The position numbers were made by a program, and so were the translations under genes. DNA of 24,536 nt from Fimbriimonadales bacterium. GTDB taxonomy: Bacteria; Armatimonadota; Fimbriimonadia; Fimbriimonadales; ATM1. The notes under the pieces are model-generated. The model did no database searches and was not told the origin of the DNA. It saw only the letters and a list, made by a program, of their open reading frames with translations. Location of the stretch: assembly GCA_041744215.1 (NCBI GenBank), contig JBGTLG010000024.1:1-24536 (forward strand). The letters are read 5' to 3'. How positions within the stretch are numbered: position 1 is the stretch's first letter; each line of letters starts with the position of its first letter. Below are positions 1 to 7,715 of this stretch, piece after piece.

Positions 1-225
1 ACGCAATACTCCGAAAGAATCTGTCCGTGAACGGCATTGGCCAGCATCCCATCTCAGCCCCGATGACAGGCGTGACTGGCAATCTCAAAACAGGTTGACT
101 TTCGACTCTCCAAAGACTTAACCGACGGAACTCTCATGCACGAAAGAAAGCGTCCGAACCGCTCGCACCGCACCACCCAACTCATCCAGCGAGTTCAAAA
201 CCCCGCGTTAACAATTATAAACAGT

Positions 226-270
226 GGTGAGTTCGATGAGTCAGGTGAGTCCGATGACTCCGATGAGCCG
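226..270. repeat. Short imperfect tandem repeat, 5 x 9 bp
   Basis: Consecutive units ggtgagttc, gatgagtca, ggtgagtcc, gatgactcc, gatgagccg; flanked by two copies of CGTTAACA at 206-213 and 269-276. Confidence 0.8.
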
Positions 271-436
271 TTAACATTCCGCAGTCAACCAGACCCTGAA
301 ACAAAACGAGCCCATCCCGACAACCTTGAAAACCTACGCCGAATAAAGATTGGATAGCTTGATCTTGAAGGCGGCCATCGGCATCTCTTTCATTTTTGCT
401 TCCCCATCGTATAGAGTCTGCCACTCGGAGCTAAAG

Positions 437-2620
437 TTATCCGACCCACACGCTTCGATGCTCGTCGATCGGCATGTACTCGGTTCTCTTACCGACGAAT
501 AGGATCCGCACCGTCGCGATCTCTTTTGCTCGAAGAGGAATTCTGATGGTGTCATCTGATAAAGACACCGGCCGGTCGATCGATTCGCCAAAGAAATCGA
601 CGCGGCGCGCCGACTCGACTTCCCAGAGGAATCGCACTTCAACTTCCTGCGATTCGCCGTCCGGTTCGAAGAGCCGCAGTTCGAGTTCTTCTCCGACTTT
701 GCGGATTGATGTGATGCACGGTCTGCTTGTAACCGACAAGAAGTCGCCGAAGCGTATGCCTTCAAACAACTGTGCGTGCGCGAGCAGGCCAGAGTTGAGC
801 AGCGAACCGGAAGGAACGAGCTGGAAGTCGATCGTCGCGCGCTTCGCGTGTTTGCCTTGGTCCCACGCATCCCATGCGAAGATCACTTCGTCGAAGCCGT
901 CATCCCGCGCGAACGCGAGGCTGTTTTGACCCGATAGAAACAGCAGCCCGCCACCGTTCCAATCTGCAGAGATGAGCGATTGGTGAACGATTGGCCGCTC
1001 AACCCAGCGGTCTTCTTGATTCGACGTGAGCCAATGTCCGGTCGGCTGCCTTGTAAGCCATCTGCCGTTGGGATGGATCTCTTCGACGGAGAATGGCGCG
1101 TCCACCCGCCAACGTTCAACAGGCTTTGCGCAGCGAACCGGAAGAGTGATCGCACGATCGACTCCGGTTGGAACTCTATCGACTTCCAGGACGAGTTGCC
1201 CGCGCGGCGCGCCAACCGCGATCGTCCACTTGAGCGTTCCTCTTCCTTCGGGCCCGGAGATCGGTGTTGTCAGGACTGCTTGTCCGTTTCGTTCGACGAG
1301 GTTTGGCGGTCCATCCGCTTTCCACCCGCTCGGCAGCCCGACGGGCGCGCCGAGCACGTTTTCTCCGCCCCGACCAAGGCGAAGAGCGACGAGTTCGCCC
1401 GACTTCTCGTCGAACGCTTCTCCATAGACGGCGGTGTTTGGCGCGATGAGGCCATCTCCTCGCAGTATCTTTTTCTGCGTGGCGGGTTTCGGTGGCTCAG
1501 CGGGCTGTCCGAGATGTTTCGCGCACCGATCGACAATGTCGTTTGCGAACATGATCGCCATCTGCGCGTATCGATGTCCGATTCGGTTCGTGAACCCCTC
1601 GCATTCGTAAGCGTCGTGTCCTTGGCTCATCATCAGATTTCGCCAAGCTTCGGCGAGTTGCCACTCTGGATAGGCGTCGAATTGCGGGTACGGCTGACCA
1701 AGGTAGCTGCACCAGCTTGCGAGGAACTCTGCGCGAAGGATTGTGCGTTCGGCTTTTCTCCAGAGTCTTGGAAGTGCGTCGCCGTTCTTTCCCGCGGAAA
1801 CTCCGTGGAAGCAGTCGTCGAGCGAGTAACTGCGAGGTGGCGCTGCTTTGAGTGCGCTTGAGGTCGCGAAGTATTCTGACAGGAGGGTCGGTTCTACTAA
1901 CGGATCTTTGCTCGCGAGGAGTTTTTCGAGGAATGGGAGCGCGAATTCTGTGCGCCACATCCAGTTCGGTTTGTCGAGGATTTCGAGCCACGTAATCATC
2001 AGCGCGCCATCTTTTAGCATTAGGGGATGGCCGAGCTGTTCTTGCGCTGTTGGTATTCCGCGCATGAGGCATCGTTCGGAATATGGAATGGCAGGAATCT
2101 GCGACCCGTCTGGCGCTTCCCAGAGAATAACTTCCTCTTTTTCGGCTGGCCAGGTCGGCGTGTGCCAGGTGTGTTGCGGGAACAGCAGCGCGCCTGTGTA
2201 CCCGAGCTGCACAAGCAGTTGGGGAAGTTGCGGAAAGAAGTCAAACTCTTCCTCGGCAAAGATGCGCGGTCTCGCATCGAGGATGTTCTTGAACGCCTGG
2301 ATGCCTGCGATTCTTTGGCGGATGTTGGATTCTGCTCCGATGAGACCGCCGTACGGCTGGGTGTAGGTTCCGCCCCAAACTTCGATCTGTTCGGATTTCA
2401 GCGCATTGCGCAACCATTCGATGCAGTCTGGATCTTCGACGGCAAGGTGTTCGATTCCGCGACCGTCAAAGTTGAGCCCTACCTTCAGGTTCGTTCGCTC
2501 GACGACCTCCTTCAGCGCGCGCGCTGAGTTTGCGAGTGTGTCCTGTCCCCATTCCCAAACCATGCCTGTCCAGTGGTTGTGCTTGCCGAACACGAATCTG
2601 ACTGTCCTTGGGGGCGACAT
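437..2620 (-). CDS. Divergent glycoside hydrolase, GH38 (alpha-mannosidase)-like architecture, 727 aa
   Basis: GH38-like motifs: N-terminal FGKHNHW, GGTYTQP..LIGAESNIRQ..G, PQLPQLL..GY, WEAPDGS, middle-domain LMMSQGHD, C-terminal LRLFEPDG...IPLRAKEIATVR. Start moved from 2791 to ATG 2620, which has TATGCT 6 nt upstream and avoids overlap with the divergent gene. Confidence 0.75.
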   Translation of the reverse strand: MSPPRTVRFVFGKHNHWTGMVWEWGQDTLANSARALKEVVERTNLKVGLNFDGRGIEHLAVEDPDCIEWLRNALKSEQIEVWGGTYTQPYGGLIGAESNIRQRIAGIQAFKNILDARPRIFAEEEFDFFPQLPQLLVQLGYTGALLFPQHTWHTPTWPAEKEEVILWEAPDGSQIPAIPYSERCLMRGIPTAQEQLGHPLMLKDGALMITWLEILDKPNWMWRTEFALPFLEKLLASKDPLVEPTLLSEYFATSSALKAAPPRSYSLDDCFHGVSAGKNGDALPRLWRKAERTILRAEFLASWCSYLGQPYPQFDAYPEWQLAEAWRNLMMSQGHDAYECEGFTNRIGHRYAQMAIMFANDIVDRCAKHLGQPAEPPKPATQKKILRGDGLIAPNTAVYGEAFDEKSGELVALRLGRGGENVLGAPVGLPSGWKADGPPNLVERNGQAVLTTPISGPEGRGTLKWTIAVGAPRGQLVLEVDRVPTGVDRAITLPVRCAKPVERWRVDAPFSVEEIHPNGRWLTRQPTGHWLTSNQEDRWVERPIVHQSLISADWNGGGLLFLSGQNSLAFARDDGFDEVIFAWDAWDQGKHAKRATIDFQLVPSGSLLNSGLLAHAQLFEGIRFGDFLSVTSRPCITSIRKVGEELELRLFEPDGESQEVEVRFLWEVESARRVDFFGESIDRPVSLSDDTIRIPLRAKEIATVRILFVGKRTEYMPIDEHRSVWVG

Positions 2621-2663
2621 GCGGAGAGCATACTTGGGACAGAAGTCGTTATACTTGCCTGGC

Positions 2664-3449
2664 ATGAACGCAGGAGTAGGCGCAACGCCCCCGAAGCAGA
2701 AGGCGATCCCGACATGGGCTGTCGTGACACTTGTCATTAGCGGGGTCGTCTTGGTAGCTGTCGCCTTGATCTTCGGCTTTGTGATGTACAAGTTTATCGA
2801 TCAGGCGGTGCGGTACGAGCGAGTGAATGAGGTTATGGAGGAGAACTACCGGAAGGTGTCCAACGGAGAGTTCATACCTGAGTCAAAGCCTTTCAGTGGA
2901 TCGGATGCGATTTCGACTTTTGGGAACGAGCTGCACGAGATGACTCGCCTGCTGCAACTCGAATACATGGCTTATGTGGATCGAATGGACGAACTTGATT
3001 TCATGGTCGAAGAGCACTTCTATGCATACAGCGATCAGGAGAGTTACGATAAGGCGCGCGCGAGCATCGATGACATGGTTATTGGGCTTGAGGAGTACGT
3101 CGCCGCTTGCGACAAGATCCTGTCAGAGTTCGGTAAGCGAGTTCGCGATGCGGTTGCGGGCGATCGGCTAGGCACTCAGCTGGCTGACGATTATATTCGC
3201 GGCGAAGAGCACGAGCTCGATTTCTTTCGACAGGAGTTAGAGCCGACGCGGGATCTTGCAAAAGCGCGCAAGCAACTGCTTGCGCTTGTGTGGGTAAACC
3301 GAACACACTTTGAGGCAGGATCCGACGAAGAGGTGACGATGGCTTCGCACATCCGCGCCGGGGTTAAATCGCAATACGAAGCGATCTTGAAAGAGATCGA
3401 GCGTCACTGGGGGCGGCTCGATGAAATTGAGGAATCGCGGCAGCGTTAA
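2664..3449 (+). CDS. Hypothetical protein with one N-terminal transmembrane segment and a helical, acidic C-terminal region, 261 aa
   Basis: Hydrophobic stretch WAVVTLVISGVVLVAVALIFGFVMY. Start ATG 2664 lies 8 nt after TATACT. The stop shares TTAA (3446-3449) with the convergent htpX stop. Confidence 0.7.
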   Translation: MNAGVGATPPKQKAIPTWAVVTLVISGVVLVAVALIFGFVMYKFIDQAVRYERVNEVMEENYRKVSNGEFIPESKPFSGSDAISTFGNELHEMTRLLQLEYMAYVDRMDELDFMVEEHFYAYSDQESYDKARASIDDMVIGLEEYVAACDKILSEFGKRVRDAVAGDRLGTQLADDYIRGEEHELDFFRQELEPTRDLAKARKQLLALVWVNRTHFEAGSDEEVTMASHIRAGVKSQYEAILKEIERHWGRLDEIEESRQR

Positions 3450-4273
3450 CCGATCCTTAGAGCGCGAAGCCTTTTGATTCGCTCTTCGAGTGGCGGGTGT
3501 GTCGAGAAGAGCGCAGAGAGCCCCTTGCCGCTGAGCGGGTTCGCGATGTACATATGCGCTGTCTCTGGCTGCGCCAGCCGCGACGGCGAGCCGGGAATGA
3601 TTTTTCCGAGGGTTCCCAGAGCATCGGCGAGAGGATCTGCATCTCCGAGCAATCGTGCGGCCATTTCGTCCGCTGCGTATTCTCGCGTTCTCGATACCGC
3701 CATCTGGATAGCAACCGCCGCCATGGGACCGACGATCATGATCGCCAGGGTTCCTAAGATTCCCGGTCCGTCTTCGGAGTTTCCGAAGAAGAGCGCGAAA
3801 TGCGAGATCCACATGATCGCGCTAGCAACGGACGCGACGACGGTCATCGTGAGGGTATCGCGATTCTTGATGTGCGCGACTTCGTGTGCGAGGACTCCGA
3901 TGACTTCACGCTCGCTCATTGTTTGGAGAAGTCCGGCTGTAAAGCAGACGCTCGCGTTGCCTGGGCCTCGGCCACAAGCGAACGCGTTTGGCTGGGTGTC
4001 CGGCGAAAGGTGGAGCCTGGGCGCAGGGATTCCCGCCCGCTGCGCGATGCGCTCGTTCGCTTCGAACAACCACGGCGCATCAGCCCGGGACAGGGGCTTT
4101 GCGCGCGCAAACGATAACGCGATCTTCTCGCTGAACCAAAACGTTCCGAGATTAAAGATAAGCGAGAAGGCCAAGGCTATGATGAGCCCGATTTGTCCGC
4201 CGAAGAGGTAGCCAATACCGAGGAAGAGCCCCGCCATCACGACCATCAGCAAGCCAGTTCTGAGGTAGTTCAT
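3446..4273 (-). CDS. htpX: Zinc metalloprotease HtpX (M48 family), 275 aa
   Basis: PNAFACGR, GVLAHEVAHIKNRD (HExxH), SRTREYAAD and LFSTHPPLEERI motifs; RBS-like AAAGGGAG before ATG 4273. Confidence 0.95.
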   Translation of the reverse strand: MNYLRTGLLMVVMAGLFLGIGYLFGGQIGLIIALAFSLIFNLGTFWFSEKIALSFARAKPLSRADAPWLFEANERIAQRAGIPAPRLHLSPDTQPNAFACGRGPGNASVCFTAGLLQTMSEREVIGVLAHEVAHIKNRDTLTMTVVASVASAIMWISHFALFFGNSEDGPGILGTLAIMIVGPMAAVAIQMAVSRTREYAADEMAARLLGDADPLADALGTLGKIIPGSPSRLAQPETAHMYIANPLSGKGLSALFSTHPPLEERIKRLRALRIG

Positions 4274-4289
4274 ATTCTCCCTTTGATTC

Positions 4290-4315
4290 AACGTGGGAGC
4301 AGAGCCGTCAGTTCC
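4290..4315 (-). promoter_or_regulatory. Putative ECF-sigma-type promoter for htpX (GGAAC-N17-CGTT)
   Basis: Minus strand reads GGAAC-tgacggctctgctccca-CGTT, ending 16 nt upstream of the htpX ATG; the -35 lies within the last folD codons. Confidence 0.6.
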
Positions 4316-5174
4316 GAAACTGCTCTGCAGCGTCGACGACATTCGAAAGCAGCATCGCTACAGTCATTGGTCCGACCCCGCCGGGCACTGGGGTTATCCA
4401 TTCTGCGCGTTGGCAAGTAGGCGCGAATTCAACGTCGCCGACATCCGTGTCACGTCCTTCGACGCGATTGTATCCTGCGTCGAGAATGACTGCCCCTTCC
4501 TTAATCCAGTCGCCCTTTATCATTTCAGCGCGTCCCACTGCGGCGACGAGGATGTCGGCCGTTCGGCAAATATCGGGCAGGTCCCGGGTCTTGCTGTGAC
4601 AGATCGTCACCGTCGCATTTCTTTCGAGCAGCATAAGCGCGGCAGGCTTGCCAAGAATCACACTTCTTCCGACGACCACAGCATTCTTGCCTTCGCAGTC
4701 GATCCCGTATTCTTCAAGGATACGCATCATGCCAAGAGGGGTGGCGCACCGAAAACCCTTTGCGCCGCAAACGAGGAGCCCGAGCGATTCTGGCGTCATT
4801 CCGTCGACGTCTTTGTTTGCACCGAGTGCGATAAGGGCTGCCTCTTCATCGAGATGTTTTGGTAAGGGATGTTGGACAAGAACGCCGTGCACGCTTGGGT
4901 TTGCGTTGAGTTCATGAATCTTATCTATGACCCAGCTTTGCGATGTTGTTCCGTCGATCGAATAAGACTCGCCGGTGATTCCAATCGCTTCTGCCCATCG
5001 GTGCTTCATTTGGACGTAGGCGAGGCTTGCGGGATCGTCGGCAGCAACGAGCACGTCGAGGCGCGGCGTGACTCCCTTCGAAGCCAGCGCAGCGACACGT
5101 GATTTCAGTTCTTCGCGAACTCGTCTCGACAGAGTTCGACCGTCAAGCAATTTACTCTTCGACTTCGTCTCCAT
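4308..5174 (-). CDS. folD: Bifunctional methylenetetrahydrofolate dehydrogenase/cyclohydrolase
   Basis: ASLAYVQMK, VHGVLVQHPLP, KDVDG, VVGRSVILGKP, ITPVPGGVGPMT motifs. Confidence 0.97.
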   Translation of the reverse strand: METKSKSKLLDGRTLSRRVREELKSRVAALASKGVTPRLDVLVAADDPASLAYVQMKHRWAEAIGITGESYSIDGTTSQSWVIDKIHELNANPSVHGVLVQHPLPKHLDEEAALIALGANKDVDGMTPESLGLLVCGAKGFRCATPLGMMRILEEYGIDCEGKNAVVVGRSVILGKPAALMLLERNATVTICHSKTRDLPDICRTADILVAAVGRAEMIKGDWIKEGAVILDAGYNRVEGRDTDVGDVEFAPTCQRAEWITPVPGGVGPMTVAMLLSNVVDAAEQFRN

Positions 5175-5592
5175 GCACTTTCAGTCCTTCGTGCTTGACA
5201 AGGTTGCCAAGGATACCGTTGACGAATGATCCGCTCGCTTCCGTGCTGTACTTTTTCGCCAAGTCTACTGCTTCGTTGATTGCGACCGCGGGCGGCACAT
5301 CTTGCACGTTGAGAATCTCAAAAACTGCGATTCGGAGTATGGCAAGGTCAACTGCAGCCAGGCGGTCGAGCGTATAGCCTTCGGCGAGCGATTCGATTCT
5401 TGCGTCAATATCAACTCTTCCGCTCTGCACGCCATTTACTAAGTCTGTTGCATACGCCTTTAGGTCATCGGACAGGTCGCGTCCTGAGACGGCTCCTGAA
5501 AGACCATCCTCCAAAGTCTGATCGCCTACCGACATCCCATATAGTGCTTTGAGTGCAACTTCGCGCGCCTTTCGTCTTGACTTAGACGCCAC
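5152..5592 (-). CDS. nusB: Transcription antitermination factor NusB
   Basis: RRKAREVALKALY, DLAILR, VAINEAVDLAKKYS, FVNGILG; GAGG RBS before GTG. Confidence 0.95.
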   Translation of the reverse strand: MASKSRRKAREVALKALYGMSVGDQTLEDGLSGAVSGRDLSDDLKAYATDLVNGVQSGRVDIDARIESLAEGYTLDRLAAVDLAILRIAVFEILNVQDVPPAVAINEAVDLAKKYSTEASGSFVNGILGNLVKHEGLKVHGDEVEE

Positions 5593-6943
5593 TAGCTACC
5601 TCAGTCATGATGCGGGACACCCATTTCGTGTCGACGTCGCCGCTAACGTAGTCTGGGTGGCGCACCAACGTGCGGAGGAACGGGATGTTTGTCGAGACGC
5701 CTTCGACTTGGAAGTTGTCAAGTGCAGCCTCAAGTTTTTCGACTGCGTCGGCCCGATCTTTACCGGTAACTATGAGTTTTGCAATCATAGGATCATAGAA
5801 GGGCGAAATGACGACACCGGAATCAACGTAAGTCTCGACGCGGATATGGTCGTCTTTCGGCGGACTCCACTTTGCAATTGTGCCGCAGCTCGGAGCGAAG
5901 TCTTTGCTCGGATCTTGGGCGGTGATCCTTGCTTCGATGGAATGCCCTTTCCATTCGACATCTTCCTGCGAAAATGCGAGTTCTTCACCCGCTGCAATTC
6001 GCAACATCGCTTGGACAATGTCGATGCCGGTAACCTGTTCTGTGACAGGATGCTCCACTTGCAGACGCGTATTCATTTCGATGAAGTAGTACTCGCCCGA
6101 CGCATCCATCAAAAACTCGATTGTTCCTGCATTGACATACCCGACCGACTTTGCAAGACGTACTGCCGCTTCGCCCATACCTCGTCTGGTTGTTGGGTCT
6201 ATTCCAGCAAAAGGCGCCTCCTCGATCATCTTTTGGTGACGCAGATTTTGAACTGAGCACTCGCGCTCGCCGAGGCTGACGCAGTTACCGTACGCATCAG
6301 CAATGATTTGGATCTCGACATGGCGAGGGTTGTCGATACACTTTTCGAGGTACATATCACCATTGCCGAAAGATGCCTCCGCTTCTTGGCTTGCCATTTG
6401 CAGAAGTCTCGGGAGCTCATCTGCGGACTCTACACGACGGATTCCGCGACCGCCCCCCCCGGCGACCGCCTTCAACAAGACTGGGTATCCGAACTGATCT
6501 GCGAGTTCGAGCGCATGCTGCTCGCTTTCGATTAGGCCCTCGGATCCAGGAACGACAGGGCAGTTCGCGTTGATCGCCGCGGTACGCGCGGCTGATTTAT
6601 CCCCCATCACGGACATCGCGTCTACGGGCGGCCCAATGAACTTCATGCCAAGCGCTTGCAGCGCGTCCGCAAACTGCTCTTGTTCACTGAAGTATCCATA
6701 TCCGGGATGGACAGCCTCTGCGCCGCTCGTGACTCCAGCCATCAGTACATTCGCCATGTTAAGGTAGCTCTGTTGATTCGGCCCGGGACCTATGCATATT
6801 GCTTCGTCTGCGAGTCGCACATGTTGGCTGTCTCTGTCCGCCTCGCTGTAAACCGCAACTGCGCGTACCCCAAGTTCATGACATGCGCGAATGATCCTGA
6901 CAGCGATCTCGCCTCGATTTGCGACGAGAACTTTCTTAAACAT
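5582..6943 (-). CDS. accC: Biotin carboxylase subunit of acetyl-CoA carboxylase, 453 aa
   Basis: ANRGEIA, HPGYG, KAVAGGGGRG, RHVEIQ, FIEMNTRLQVEHPVTE, YDPMIAKLI. ATG 6943 overlaps the upstream stop (TGATG). Confidence 0.95.
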   Translation of the reverse strand: MFKKVLVANRGEIAVRIIRACHELGVRAVAVYSEADRDSQHVRLADEAICIGPGPNQQSYLNMANVLMAGVTSGAEAVHPGYGYFSEQEQFADALQALGMKFIGPPVDAMSVMGDKSAARTAAINANCPVVPGSEGLIESEQHALELADQFGYPVLLKAVAGGGGRGIRRVESADELPRLLQMASQEAEASFGNGDMYLEKCIDNPRHVEIQIIADAYGNCVSLGERECSVQNLRHQKMIEEAPFAGIDPTTRRGMGEAAVRLAKSVGYVNAGTIEFLMDASGEYYFIEMNTRLQVEHPVTEQVTGIDIVQAMLRIAAGEELAFSQEDVEWKGHSIEARITAQDPSKDFAPSCGTIAKWSPPKDDHIRVETYVDSGVVISPFYDPMIAKLIVTGKDRADAVEKLEAALDNFQVEGVSTNIPFLRTLVRHPDYVSGDVDTKWVSRIMTEVASGV

Positions 6944-7314
6944 CAAATGTCCTCATGTCCTGGATGAGGACATTTGACGATTTGGGTTGGGGGACTGTAT
7001 TCGTAGGCTTCCTTGCCAACTGGGCATTGGAGCATTCTGGACGGCAGGGAGAGTTCAGTCAGTGAGTTAGGAATGACATCATCAATCTTCTGCATCTGGA
7101 TCGCGGCGCGAACCTGCCCAAGATAGTTTGAACATTCGAAATCCTTCGCCTTGAGCGCTGCGCGTCCCACTGTGGTCTTCCCAAGCCCGTCGGGCCGGTC
7201 GCTGTCGGGCTTGCCGAATCCGCCGCCGAGGTATACGGCAGCGAGAATGCCTATGATCGCAACTACTACGATCAGCTCGATTAGCATATGTCCGGCGGCT
7301 TTGTGTCTTTTCAT
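6943..7314 (-). CDS. Small prepilin-like protein (type IV pilin/pseudopilin N-terminus), 123 aa
   Basis: Basic leader MKRHKAAG followed by HMLIELIVVVAIIGILAAV (Glu at +5); C-terminal CPVG..YEY...VKCPHPGH; start/stop overlaps with both neighbours. Confidence 0.8.
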   Translation of the reverse strand: MKRHKAAGHMLIELIVVVAIIGILAAVYLGGGFGKPDSDRPDGLGKTTVGRAALKAKDFECSNYLGQVRAAIQMQKIDDVIPNSLTELSLPSRMLQCPVGKEAYEYSPPTQIVKCPHPGHEDI

Positions 7315-7715
7315 GGTCGAATCCTTGCGATTGCCTGACCATATTCTACAGGCTGTCCATCCTCGACGAGAAGTTCATCAAGTGTTCCTACTGATCCCGC
7401 AGAGATTTCGTTCGGTAAACCAAGCGCTTCTATGATTCCGATGACCGTGTCGGGGGCGACTTGTGTTCCCTCTTCGACGCCTGAAGGCGCGGATCGAAAG
7501 AATCCGACCATCGCGCTTCGCACAACGACATCCGTTGCGGAAAGCTCTGTTCCTGGCACATCAGCACAGAGAATCGGTTCTGAATGGAGAGGTGTGTTTG
7601 CAGGCAGTTCGAGGCGCAGGCTCGCGTCTCCTTCACGGATACGGACAGCGGTTAGGCCGTGCCTCTTCGCTGCAAGGACGATGCCTTCGATGGTGTCAAT
7701 ATCATATCCACTCAT
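7311..7715 (-). CDS. AccB/BCCP-like biotinyl-domain protein lacking the biotin-accepting lysine, 134 aa
   Basis: AccB-like N-terminus, VRSAMVGFF and LVEDGQPVEYGQAIARI, but EALGL where BCCP has EAMKM; upstream of accC. Confidence 0.85.
   Translation of the reverse strand: MSGYDIDTIEGIVLAAKRHGLTAVRIREGDASLRLELPANTPLHSEPILCADVPGTELSATDVVVRSAMVGFFRSAPSGVEEGTQVAPDTVIGIIEALGLPNEISAGSVGTLDELLVEDGQPVEYGQAIARIRP

Noticed and set aside
136-357. 73-aa plus-strand ORF as a real gene
   Set aside because: No RBS or recognisable motif; its acidic stretch is explained by the 9-bp DNA repeat.
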